Source of the DNA: Candidatus Bathyarchaeota archaeon
Lineage (GTDB): Archaea; Thermoproteota; Bathyarchaeia; 40CM-2-53-6
Direction of reading: 5' to 3'
Length of the DNA stretch: 53,211 nucleotides
Assembly (NCBI GenBank): GCA_963833125.1
Contig: CAWHWX010000030.1
Span: 1-53,211 of the forward strand
In this document: one piece after another, positions 19,061-28,614 of the stretch
Numbering within the stretch: the stretch's first letter is position 1
Layout: the number at the start of each line of letters is the position of its first letter
The notes under the pieces: generated by a model
Told to the model about the DNA's origin: nothing
Seen by the model: only the letters and a program-made list of their open reading frames with translations
The model's database searches: none
Translations under genes and position numbers: made by a program

Positions 19061-21043
19061 GAGGAAGATCTTTCGGGATCTCCAAAGTTTGGAGAAAGCA
19101 ACTTCCAGCTTCTGGGCTGCATACCAGGCAACAATTCAGGCTGTCGAGAAAATTCCTCTTGAGAGGGCACTCGGCAGGGTACTTGCCGAAGATATTTTCT
19201 CCGGAATAGACGTGCCCGGTTTTGACCGGGCAGCCATGGACGGTTTCGCCGTTACGGCTGCAAGCACATTTGGCGCGGACGAGCAAAACCCCGTCAGTTG
19301 AAGGTAACAGCCGAAGTAGAGGCAGGGGATTCTGCCGGATATTCCGCCCTACCGGGTGAGGCGTTAGAGATAGCTACTGGTGCTCCGATGCCGAAAGGTA
19401 CTGACGCAGTTGTAATGGTAGAGTATACGAAGAGGAACGGATCTGAGGTTCTCGCTTACAGACCGGTTTCCCCTGGCGAAAACGTGACGGGGGCCGGGAG
19501 CGATATTATGACCGGGGAGCTCTTGCTTCGCAAATCGGAACGAATAACTCCCCGAGAAATAGGGCTAATTGCAGCGATCGGGCTGCCCCAAGTTTCAGTG
19601 TTTCGAAAACCACGCGTCGCTATATTCTCAAGCGGAAACGAACTCATTAAACCGGGCGAGTCGCTCCGGTTCGCGAAGATCTATGACATCAACGGTCCCG
19701 CAGTTTCAGCGGCCGTAGCTGAGTGTGGTGGTGAACCTGAATTTCTGGGGATTCTACCCGATAATTACTCTGCTGTTAAAGACAGCCTTGATTCAGCCCT
19801 GAGAGACGCTGACATAGTCATCTCTTCAGGGAGCACATCCTCAGGCCCAGGCGACCTATTCTACAGGGCCGTAGACGATCTTGGAGATCCAGGCGTGATC
19901 GTACACGGGTTGACGCTTAAACCTGGGAAACCGGCGTTGCTCGGTATAGTCAGGGGGAAACCGATTTTCGGATTGCCTGGCTACCCCACTTCCGCCCTAA
20001 TGATCTTCCACATGTTGGTTGCCCCGATAATTCGCAGGCTCGCCAATGCACCTGAGATCGCCCCAATCAAGGTCAGCGCCATCTCACCTATGAAATTCTT
20101 CAAGGCCCGCGGCCGCCGTGAGTTGCTCCCGGTGCAGCTGATAACACAACCGAGCGGTGAGTTGATCGCGTATCCGATGCAAAGCGGATCAGGGGCCGTA
20201 AGCTCATTCTCGATGGCGGATGGCTTTGCGGACCTTCCGGAAACTCAAGAGTTCGTTGACGAAGGAGAGAGATTGGAAATCCAACTGTTTGGGAGAGAGC
20301 TAACTCCTGCGTCGCTTGTCGTGATAGGTAGCCACTGCGTCGGGCTAGATATCGCTTTCAGTATGCTCAAGGAACGAGATCCAGATTTTCTTGGAAGAAC
20401 CATTAACGTTGGCTCCGTCGGCGGATTCCACGCCATTAAGCGGGGTGAGGCGGATATGGCTGGAGTTCACCTTCAAGACGAGGCGAGCGGAGAATACAAT
20501 CTGCCGTTCCTCTCGTCCTACGGCCTCAAAGAATCGGCAATTTTAGTGCGAGGTTACGACCGTGAACAAGGGTTAATCGTAAAGCAAGGCAATCCGAAGA
20601 AGCTACAGGAAGTTCGAGACCTGCTTCGAGAAGACGTTCGCTTCATAAACCGCAACAAAGGATCTGGTACGAGACTTCTTATCGACCGCCACTTGACTGC
20701 GCTCGCCTCTTCCACTGGGACTGACCTGGACAGCCTTTCGATGAAGATTCATGGATACGGCTATGAGGTAAAGTCGCATTCTGCCGTAGCTGCCGCGGTA
20801 AAAAACGACCGTGCAGACGTTGGCTTCGGTATCAGAACTGTTGCCGAGGTGCCCGGTCTGGATTTCATCAAGTTAGACGACGAAAAATATGACTTTCTAA
20901 TTGGAAAGGACCGTATGAGTAAGAAACAGGTGCAGGCTTTCGTTAAGTTATTGGGATCTAAGGAATTCTCTACAGCCCTTCAAACTCGCGCTCCAGGACT
21001 GAGTAGTAATCAGCAATCTGGGACAATATTATTTCAGCCATAA
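19050..21043 (+). CDS. moeA: MoeA fused to a C-terminal PBP (LysR substrate-binding-like) domain (frameshift about 19298)
   Basis: [16 protein letters not shown] and GLPGYP; C-terminal GSHC, GSVGG, REQGL and [10 protein letters not shown]. Confidence 0.92.
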
Positions 21044-21052
21044 TTCACGCAT

Positions 21053-22110
21053 TCAGAGAACTTCTACTGACGTAGCTTTGAACAAGGCGTGTACCTCAGT
21101 TCCAATGTTGAGCTGCATCTCAAAGAATGACCGCCTCGTAACAATTGCAGTTATCCGCGTGTCTCCTGAGATCCTAAGCCTGATTGTCGGGCCAAGATCC
21201 GTAACTTCGATCACTCTTCCAGAGAATCTGTTCCGCGCACTAGTGTCCACACTCTGTTTGGAAACGATAACGTTCTCAGGCTTAACGTGCACCATAACCT
21301 GACCAGTCCGGTCAGTTATCGCTTCAATTATCTTGCCAGCACCAGTATCGATCAGGGCGAGCTCTGCCTCTTTTCCGATTATGTTACCTCGAATCAAATT
21401 GTCTGATTTGAAGATAGACTCCGTTTCAGGCGATGAATTCTCTGCAAAGTCGGCAGGCGTTCCAACCTCAAGCATTCTACCGTTTCTCATCACCCCAATT
21501 CTTTCTGCCACCGATGCGGCTTCTAGTTGGTCATGGGTTACATGAATGACTGTCACTCCAGTCTCTTTGTGAACACGCCGTAGGTAATCTAGAATTGAAC
21601 TTTTGGTTTCAGCGTCGACGGCTGATAGCGGTTCATCGAGCAACACGGCACGGGCTCGACGGCGAGAGCCCGAGCAAGCGAAACTCTTTGCCTCTCGCCT
21701 CCACTAAGGTTTCTCGGAAACCGGTTGATGAGGTGTGAGATCCCGAGCAGATCCATCAGATGGTTCGATCGCGATTTGCGGTCTTGCTCAGGAATCCCTT
21801 TGGCGTGTAAACCAAATTCAATATTCTTCCGTACCGTCATGTTGTCAAAGAGCAGTTGGTTTTGTGGTGCGTAGCTTATCCTGCGCTTTTCTGGCGGGAG
21901 TTTGGAAACGTCTTCCCCGCTAACAATTATGCGCCCTTCATGGGGTGAGTAGGCCCCGGCTATTGCTTCAAGAAGCAAAGTCTTTCCTGAGCCTGTGGGG
22001 CCGAGTAATACGAAGTAGCTTCCCTGAGGGACTGATAGATTGATGTTCTTTAGGGCGAACTGCTCCCATTTGTGCGAGAGACTCTGGACTACGACTCCGT
22101 CGCTCATCAT
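21053..22110 (-). CDS. wtpC: Tungstate/molybdate ABC transporter ATPase with TOBE domains (frameshift about 21650)
   Basis: GPTGSGKT, LSGGERQR, LLDEP, HVTHD, SARN and FKATSV. Confidence 0.9.
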
Positions 22111-22931
22111 TTCTCCCTCTTCCTCTGAACTAGCTTAAACATGATGAAAATCGCCAGGTTGATGAAGATCATGAGGGCCGCGACGTTCACAGATCCCGGA
22201 CTGAGAACTACACCGTTTGAGATGGACTCATGCAAGCCATAACCTGCGTACAGGTTCCAAATCAGAATTGAAGCGACTGCTGGGTAGTAGGCCATTATGA
22301 ATAAGGCGCCCACCTCGCTTGAAGCTCTGGCCCAAGTCAAGATTGCGCCTGTAACTACTGAGCGCCAAATATTTGGCAACGTGACCTTAACGAAGGTGAA
22401 TGTTGATGATGCACCGAGGCTTCGGGAAACGAGTTCTAGCTTTGGGTCTAGGGATTTAATGGCCTCTTCCACCTGCTTGACCGTATACGTGGCGCTGACG
22501 AAGATGAGGGTTAGAACGATTGCGACGACATTATTCGTCAGCTTGATTCCATATCCATTGAAGACTGCTCCCACAAGCTCTGCTGAACCAAAGATCGTGA
22601 TGAGTGCTATTCCCGCAACTGTGTGAGGGATCATCAGAGGAATCTCAATTATCGAGTCAATGAGAGATCTCCCTGGGAACTGGTACTTGCCGAGAAGATA
22701 GCCCAAAGGTACTCCTAACAACACGGCCACCAGTGCTGTAAGTCCAGACGTGTAGACCGTTAATGCAATCGCGGACAGAGCCTCGCTGTTATTGAGAGCG
22801 AGCAGTAATCCAGGGACGCTACTCGTTCCAATTAGGCTGAGAACGGGCGAGAAGAGCAGGAAGAACAAGATCCCGCTTAGAAGAGACAAAACAAAGACGA
22901 ATCTGATCGGAAAACCGGGTGATAGACGCAA
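22107..22931 (-). CDS. wtpB: Tungstate/molybdate ABC transporter permease
   Basis: IPLMIPHTVAG, SRSLGAS and WARASSEVGA...AYYP. Confidence 0.9.
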   Translation of the reverse strand: MRLSPGFPIRFVFVLSLLSGILFFLLFSPVLSLIGTSSVPGLLLALNNSEALSAIALTVYTSGLTALVAVLLGVPLGYLLGKYQFPGRSLIDSIIEIPLMIPHTVAGIALITIFGSAELVGAVFNGYGIKLTNNVVAIVLTLIFVSATYTVKQVEEAIKSLDPKLELVSRSLGASSTFTFVKVTLPNIWRSVVTGAILTWARASSEVGALFIMAYYPAVASILIWNLYAGYGLHESISNGVVLSPGSVNVAALMIFINLAIFIMFKLVQRKREK

Positions 22932-23035
22932 CGAAATATCCTCAAGGGTGCATTAGCAGAGACTGAGCATTTCAATGTAGCCCGCGCCCAGCGCCATTGC
23001 CGCCCTGAGCGGGATTATGCAAAGGGCGTTAAGGT

Positions 23036-24094
23036 TCAGCTGACGTCTTTGATGGAAATGCCTGCTTGTGTTATCGCTTGGATAATGTCCGAGGGTACTG
23101 AACTCTGGTTGTAAACCCAGACAGGGTTCAAGGGCCGTAGGCCGCTTGCGCTGAGAATTTCTTGCCCCTGAGAACTGAATACCGCTTTGATGAAGGCTAT
23201 CGCCATGGTCGAATCAGGACTGTTGCTCGGAATTGTCAGGTCGTAAAGGACCGGTGCACCCGTCATTAGTTTGCCGCTAACCGTGACATTTGCCTTCGCA
23301 TACCAGTCCGCCAGGGTCAAGTTCGATAAGTCTACCCTCGAGTCTAAGGTTAGGTACTGAAGCTTGTGTGAAACAGCTTCAGAGGAATAGCTCAGCACGT
23401 AGTCAACCGCCCCTGTCTCTAATTGCGCGTCTAGGGTGGTTTCCGTTGGGACGATGACGAGTTCATTTTTCGCGGCCTTCGTAACGTACAACTGGTCGTA
23501 CAAGTAACTTGAGTTTTGGTAGTACAGCAAGCTTGCAAGTTGAAGCATGATTATTGCCTGAGCGCCACTAGGGTCGGTATCCTTGTTGGAGACGCCGACA
23601 ACAACCCCCGGACGTGTTATTACCTGATACCAGTTGTTGGGCGTTATTTCGTTTGCAAATCTGCTATGGTTGGTGTAAAGGACAGTCATCGCGTTCGAAG
23701 CGAAAACTATGTACCATGACGCATGTGAAGGAATCAGCTGCTCTGGAATGATTTTGTAATCTGCTGATGCGTATATGTCGAACGACTTGTTTGCTTGCGT
23801 GATTTCGTTTGCCGCTAGTCGGCTGCCTTCGAAAATGTAGTTGTAACTGAGCGTTGGGTATTGTGGGCGTACGACATTGTTAACGATTCCATTGAACGGT
23901 ACCTGGAGCGTTCCTGCTGCATCAATTAGAAGAGTCGTAGATGGTTGGGTAGCACTCAGTCCCGAGTAGTACCCCATTGCATATCCCACTCCTAACCCTA
24001 CAGCCAGCGCGAGTACGAGAGCGACTTTGCCGTATTTCACAATCAAACTCATAGCTATTGCATTCCTTCGAGTTGCTTCGACACTGGGGCGCAT
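23036..24094 (-). CDS. wtpA: Tungstate/molybdate-binding protein WtpA (true start probably 24052)
   Basis: AAGTL, EGS, ASADY, DPSG and Y.S.A motifs; N-terminal membrane anchor. Confidence 0.88.
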   Translation of the reverse strand: MRPSVEATRRNAIAMSLIVKYGKVALVLALAVGLGVGYAMGYYSGLSATQPSTTLLIDAAGTLQVPFNGIVNNVVRPQYPTLSYNYIFEGSRLAANEITQANKSFDIYASADYKIIPEQLIPSHASWYIVFASNAMTVLYTNHSRFANEITPNNWYQVITRPGVVVGVSNKDTDPSGAQAIIMLQLASLLYYQNSSYLYDQLYVTKAAKNELVIVPTETTLDAQLETGAVDYVLSYSSEAVSHKLQYLTLDSRVDLSNLTLADWYAKANVTVSGKLMTGAPVLYDLTIPSNSPDSTMAIAFIKAVFSSQGQEILSASGLRPLNPVWVYNQSSVPSDIIQAITQAGISIKDVS

Positions 24095-24107
24095 ACCTTA
24101 TGCTGCC

Positions 24108-24135
24108 ATTGATATGTATTACCCTACATTTCAAT
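24108..24135. promoter_or_regulatory. ModE-type operator
   Basis: ATTGATATGTA-N6-TACATTTCAAT, arms 10/11 complementary, located between the modE-like gene and wtpA. Confidence 0.7.
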
Positions 24136-24190
24136 TGCCGATTCCAGCCGGTACCCCGAGGTGGGGAAGTATCTGAGATACGATTGCTCC

Positions 24191-24580
24191 TCACTTTTTT
24201 TTGTTGATTCTGTTTTCGATGGGCCTTAGTTTCCTTTGTGAGAGGGTTAGATGGACGAGTGCTTCGGTGGACTTGAAATCTTTGAGTAGCATTTTTGCGA
24301 CTGGAGTTAGGGTGGTTCCGCCTCCCCCCTTTCTACTCGTGTGGCGAGTTCCGCCGCGGTGGGTCGTAATCAGTGGTTGCCTAAGTCTCTGCTTCATTCT
24401 GCCAAGGTAATCCCAGACGAACTTGTAGGACATGTCAAGCTCTTCTGCAGCCATTGCTATCGATCCGTGCTCGTCGATGGACTCCAGGATTTGCGCTCCT
24501 CCTTTCCCTAGAACCCTTCCTCCGTCCCTGTTGAGGTATAACCTGAAGTCATAATGTAGAAGGGGTTTGTGTCTCTTCAT
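24191..24580 (-). CDS. modE: ModE-family winged-helix regulator (DNA-binding domain only)
   Basis: LG.GG.QILESIDEHGSI..AAEELDMSY..VW.Y, HRGG...GGGT.LTP. Adjacent to wtpABC. Confidence 0.88.
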   Translation of the reverse strand: MKRHKPLLHYDFRLYLNRDGGRVLGKGGAQILESIDEHGSIAMAAEELDMSYKFVWDYLGRMKQRLRQPLITTHRGGTRHTSRKGGGGTTLTPVAKMLLKDFKSTEALVHLTLSQRKLRPIENRINKKK

Positions 24581-24689
24581 CTCTCTCACTGTAGTGACTC
24601 TTAGTGTAGTCGTTGCTTTATTGTTCCTTTCCGTCGGCCCTGGCTTTAGCAGCCTTGTTTCGATAGTGCAATACCTGAGCGATTGCCGA

Positions 24690-25760
24690 TCACGTGGTTT
24701 TTTCGAAGTTGAGAGCGTTATGGCATGCAGCAAAGTGTGATGGCGATTTAGCGAGGAGCGGAGGTTCAGTTTCCTTGCATATGTTAGTCACATATTTGCA
24801 TCTTGGAGCGAAGACGCATCCCGCACGCTTTCCGATGTTTTCTTCAATTCCTGAGGTATATCCAGCGGCTTGAAGGGCGTCTCTTGCCGCCTGCGTCGTC
24901 TCAGTCAATCGAGGTGTGGCGTTCAAGATCAGTTCGGTGTAGGGGTGGTGCGGTCTTGAGAGGAGGGGATGGGTAGGGCCTATTTCTACTAATTTCCCTG
25001 AGTACATCACCGCCGTTCTGTCACTCATTATCTTCGCACTCGCGAGATCGTGTGTGATAAGTATCATCGTAAAATCTCTCTTAGTTTTCACTTCGGTTAG
25101 CAGTGAGAGAATATTCAATCGCTGCGAGGCGTCGAGCATCGTGATCGGCTCGTCTGCTACGAGAAGTTTCGGGTTCGGTGCCAATGCCCTTGCGATGTTA
25201 ATCCTCTGCCTCTCCCCGCCACTTAACTGATGGGGTAGCTTGTGAATCGTCTCTTTGGGGTCGAGTCCTACTTCGGAAAGTAATCGATTTACTCTCTCCA
25301 GGATTCTTGCTTCATCGGTTTCGTCTGTTAACCGCCGTATGGGAATTGACAGAGTGGTATAAGCATCCAAGCGAGGGCTGAGCGATTCGAATGGATCTTG
25401 ATAAATAACTTGGACGGAGCGTCGGTAATCTTTGAGTTCTTTTCCTTTGAGCCTGGTTACTTCGGTCCCGTTATATTTTATTGAGCCCGATGTCGGGGCA
25501 ATCAGACCCAATATGCACTTCGCGACCGTCGTCTTTCCAGATCCGCTCTCGCCCACGACGGATAATACTTCAGACTCATAGAGCTGGAATGAAACGTCGT
25601 CGACTGCATGAACTGTGGACTTTGTCCTCCTCAGAGCGCTGAGTAGCTTTGTGAACTGGACTCGGAGATTAGAAACTTCCAAAAGCACCCTTGATGAATC
25701 CTTTGTTGAATCGTATCGAGTGATTTCGTTTGTTTCTTCTAATCGTTGTATTTGTGACAA
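24690..25760 (-). CDS. oppF: Oligopeptide/dipeptide ABC transporter ATPase (OppF/DppF)
   Basis: GESGSGKTT, YQDP, LSGGERQR, HPYT and the C-terminal Cys cluster. Confidence 0.92.
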   Translation of the reverse strand: MSQIQRLEETNEITRYDSTKDSSRVLLEVSNLRVQFTKLLSALRRTKSTVHAVDDVSFQLYESEVLSVVGESGSGKTTVAKCILGLIAPTSGSIKYNGTEVTRLKGKELKDYRRSVQVIYQDPFESLSPRLDAYTTLSIPIRRLTDETDEARILERVNRLLSEVGLDPKETIHKLPHQLSGGERQRINIARALAPNPKLLVADEPITMLDASQRLNILSLLTEVKTKRDFTMILITHDLASAKIMSDRTAVMYSGKLVEIGPTHPLLSRPHHPYTELILNATPRLTETTQAARDALQAAGYTSGIEENIGKRAGCVFAPRCKYVTNICKETEPPLLAKSPSHFAACHNALNFEKTT

Positions 25761-26704
25761 GCAACGACCCTACCTTGGTCTGTTTCCTTCAGAACAGGTC
25801 TTTCCGTCCTGCACCTGTTGAATGCATACTTGCACCGGTACGCGAACTTGCACCCCTCTTCGGGAATAGCTAAGGTATCCTTTGCGGTTTTGGCCGAGGA
25901 TGTGAGCGAACTTCGGTTCGAGTCCATCGTCAGCAAGGAATCGAGCAACGTTTGAGTGTAGGGATGCAGGGGTTCGAAGAGAACTTTTCGCATCGGCCCT
26001 CGTTCAACTATTTCCCCGGCGAACATTACGGCGATGTGGTCAACAAGCCCACCTAAGATAGCGATCTCATGCGTGATGTATAGAAGGGAAAGCCCGAATT
26101 CGGAGACTCCCCTAGTCAGTAATCCGAGAATTTGTCTTTGAACGACAACGTCCAACGCCGATGTCGGTTCATCAGCGATTAGAAGTTTGGGTGATAGGGA
26201 GAGCGCAAGAGCAATGATCGCTCTCTGACGCATTCCTCCGCTAAGCTCATGGGCGAAAGCGTCTGCTCGCTCCTCTTTTATTCCAACATCACTCAGCAGC
26301 TTCAGCGCTTTACTCCTCGCTTCGGATCTTGAAAGATCACTGTGGGTTCTGAGCACTTCGATTATGTGATTAGAGATTGTCTTGACGGGGTTTAGTGCAT
26401 TCATAGCGGACTGATACACCATCGACACTTCCTGCCACCTATACGCCCTGAGCTGATTCTTGCTCATCCCAAGAACATCCTTACCCTCGAACCTGATTTC
26501 CCCGGATATTCTTCCTGGCCGTTCGATTAGGTTCATTATACTCAAACCTAACGTGGTCTTTCCGCTCCCTGACTCGCCAACGATGCCGAGCGTGTATCCT
26601 GTCGAGGGGATCACAAGAGACACGTTGTCGGCCGCCCTTCGCGCTCCCGCTCCCGGCGTATACTGAACCGTCACGTTGGACATGGAGAGTAGGTCGTTGG
26701 ACAT
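25739..26704 (-). CDS. oppD: Oligopeptide/dipeptide ABC transporter ATPase (OppD/DppD)
   Basis: GESGSGKTT, ALNPV, LSGGMRQR, ADEPT and HPYT. Confidence 0.92.
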   Translation of the reverse strand: MSNDLLSMSNVTVQYTPGAGARRAADNVSLVIPSTGYTLGIVGESGSGKTTLGLSIMNLIERPGRISGEIRFEGKDVLGMSKNQLRAYRWQEVSMVYQSAMNALNPVKTISNHIIEVLRTHSDLSRSEARSKALKLLSDVGIKEERADAFAHELSGGMRQRAIIALALSLSPKLLIADEPTSALDVVVQRQILGLLTRGVSEFGLSLLYITHEIAILGGLVDHIAVMFAGEIVERGPMRKVLFEPLHPYTQTLLDSLLTMDSNRSSLTSSAKTAKDTLAIPEEGCKFAYRCKYAFNRCRTERPVLKETDQGRVVACHKYND

Positions 26705-26706
26705 TT

Positions 26707-27516
26707 CTAAACCTCAGTTCTCAACCTCGGGTTCATCGTCTCCTCAACGGAGAATCCCAAGAGTGCGAATGCAGTAGCTACAACCGTAATGGACAACCCT
26801 GGGGCCAGAATCCACCACCAGTCGCCCGCATAAAACGCAAACTGTTGTGCCCAGTACAACATGCTTCCCCAGCTCACGACGTTTGGGTTTCCGACGCCGA
26901 GAAATTGCAAAGCCGTGACGAGTACGATCGCCGCCGCGACGGTGAGAACGAAGTAGGCTATGGCTAGGGAGGCTATTTCGGGGATTATGATTCGGCGGAT
27001 AATCTCAAGGTCGCTCATTCCGCTTGTTCTCGCCGCGTCCACGTACGGCCTTTCCCTCAACGACAAAATCTGAGAACGGATAGCTCGGGCGCTCACGGGC
27101 CACAACACAACGATGAGGATCAAAGTGATGAGAGTTGTTGTAGCCGGGTACAGCGAGCCGAGAAGCACCATCAAGGGTAACGGGGGAAAGGTGAGTACGA
27201 CGTCCGCTGTGCCCGTGAGTAGACCCTCTAATCGAACGAAATAACCCGCCGTCACACCCACGAGGAGCCCGATCGTGACGGCGCCTGAGGCGGCGAGAAT
27301 TCCAACCAGCATGGAAGGGTACGCTCCGTATATGACTTGGGTAAGCACGTCGTGCCCAAGATAATCGGTTCCGAGTGGATGGGAGTAACTTGGGCCGGTG
27401 TTTATGCTCGCACTCGTTTGAGTTGGACCGTATGGCGTAAGGTACGGCCCGATGATCATGACTGCGAAAGCGGCGGCGATTATGATCGCTCCTAGTCTTG
27501 CTGCTCTTGTCCTCAA
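26707..27516 (-). CDS. oppC: Peptide ABC transporter permease (OppC/DppC)
   Basis: HPLGTD..GHD, YVDAAR..G, FLGVG, SWG.ML and PGL. Confidence 0.92.
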   Translation of the reverse strand: MRTRAARLGAIIIAAAFAVMIIGPYLTPYGPTQTSASINTGPSYSHPLGTDYLGHDVLTQVIYGAYPSMLVGILAASGAVTIGLLVGVTAGYFVRLEGLLTGTADVVLTFPPLPLMVLLGSLYPATTTLITLILIVVLWPVSARAIRSQILSLRERPYVDAARTSGMSDLEIIRRIIIPEIASLAIAYFVLTVAAAIVLVTALQFLGVGNPNVVSWGSMLYWAQQFAFYAGDWWWILAPGLSITVVATAFALLGFSVEETMNPRLRTEV

Positions 27517-27578
27517 CAGAGAGGATGAAAGAGAATGTAGGTAGCGGTGCTTTCCGGCGAGTGATGTCTTCGTGTTGC

Positions 27579-28544
27579 CTACCTCCTTAGCCTCGGATCG
27601 AGTTTCAGCATAATGAAGTCACCAATGAGCCCCCCTATGATGACTATGAGAGTCATGTAGAAGAAAGCCCCCTCCAAAACTGGATAGTCCCTGTTGAGGA
27701 TCGCGTCCACAATCAGGTCGCCAACCCCGGTGTACCCGAAAACTACTTCAACCAACACGACGGCGCTCATGAGGCTGGCGAGCGAATACCCTAGGAGTGA
27801 TACAACTGGCAATAGGGAATTTCGAAGAACATACCCGAACGCAATCGTCCTCTCTTTGAGCCCACGTGATTTTGCGGCTAAGACATAATCGCTCTTCAGC
27901 GCCTCTTGGGCCGCTCCTCTTAGAACAAAGTAGTTCTGTCCAAATACGACGGCGGTAAGCGTAGCAATGGGAAGAATGGCGTGGGTAATCACGGACCTAG
28001 CGTAGTCTAGGCCGGTTCCCGGATTGAAATCGATGTTTCCGAAAACGGGCAGCCATCTTGCAGTGACCGCGAATATCCATATGAGAATCATCGCGATCCA
28101 AAAGGCAGGTGTGGACCAGAACAAAATTGAAGTGTAGAGGGAAGCGATCTCGAACTTACCTCCGCGACGTAGGGAGCTTATGCCTGCGAGAATGTAGCTG
28201 ATTTGAAAGGAGAGAAAAAAGCTGGTCATAACGAGCAGTATCGTCCAGGGTAGCCGGGCTAGGATAAGGTCGGTTACGGTAATCGGGTAGTAGTTGAACG
28301 ATACGCCAAAGTACGGTGGCCACGAGAAGACTCCTTTCAGGAACAAGTAATACTGAACGTATTCCGGCTGATTAAGGCCGAACCTTGCCTCCAGAAGCAG
28401 AATTTCATTTTGAGGCAGTTTGGTTCCCGACGCAAAAATCTCCGCAGCATTTCCGGGAACAAGCCTTGGCAGTATGAAGTCTAAGTTCAGGGCGATGATG
28501 AATACTGCGACGGAGATCAGCACTCTGCGTTTTAGAAAGTCCAT
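27579..28544 (-). CDS. oppB: Peptide ABC transporter permease (OppB/DppB)
   Basis: PRLVPG, RLPWT, DYV.AAKSRGL, RNSLLP, DYP and LDPR. Confidence 0.92.
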   Translation of the reverse strand: MDFLKRRVLISVAVFIIALNLDFILPRLVPGNAAEIFASGTKLPQNEILLLEARFGLNQPEYVQYYLFLKGVFSWPPYFGVSFNYYPITVTDLILARLPWTILLVMTSFFLSFQISYILAGISSLRRGGKFEIASLYTSILFWSTPAFWIAMILIWIFAVTARWLPVFGNIDFNPGTGLDYARSVITHAILPIATLTAVVFGQNYFVLRGAAQEALKSDYVLAAKSRGLKERTIAFGYVLRNSLLPVVSLLGYSLASLMSAVVLVEVVFGYTGVGDLIVDAILNRDYPVLEGAFFYMTLIVIIGGLIGDFIMLKLDPRLRR

Positions 28545-28614
28545 TCAAACTACCTTTGCCTCTCGTTTACGGCGAGAGGTCTTTAATGGGTTAGCGAGTC
28601 GCTATTCGCAGTTT

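Noticed and set aside
5570-21646. Programmed ribosomal frameshifting or phase variation
   Set aside because: Breaks are scattered over unrelated genes with no shared slippery motif; sequencing error is simpler.
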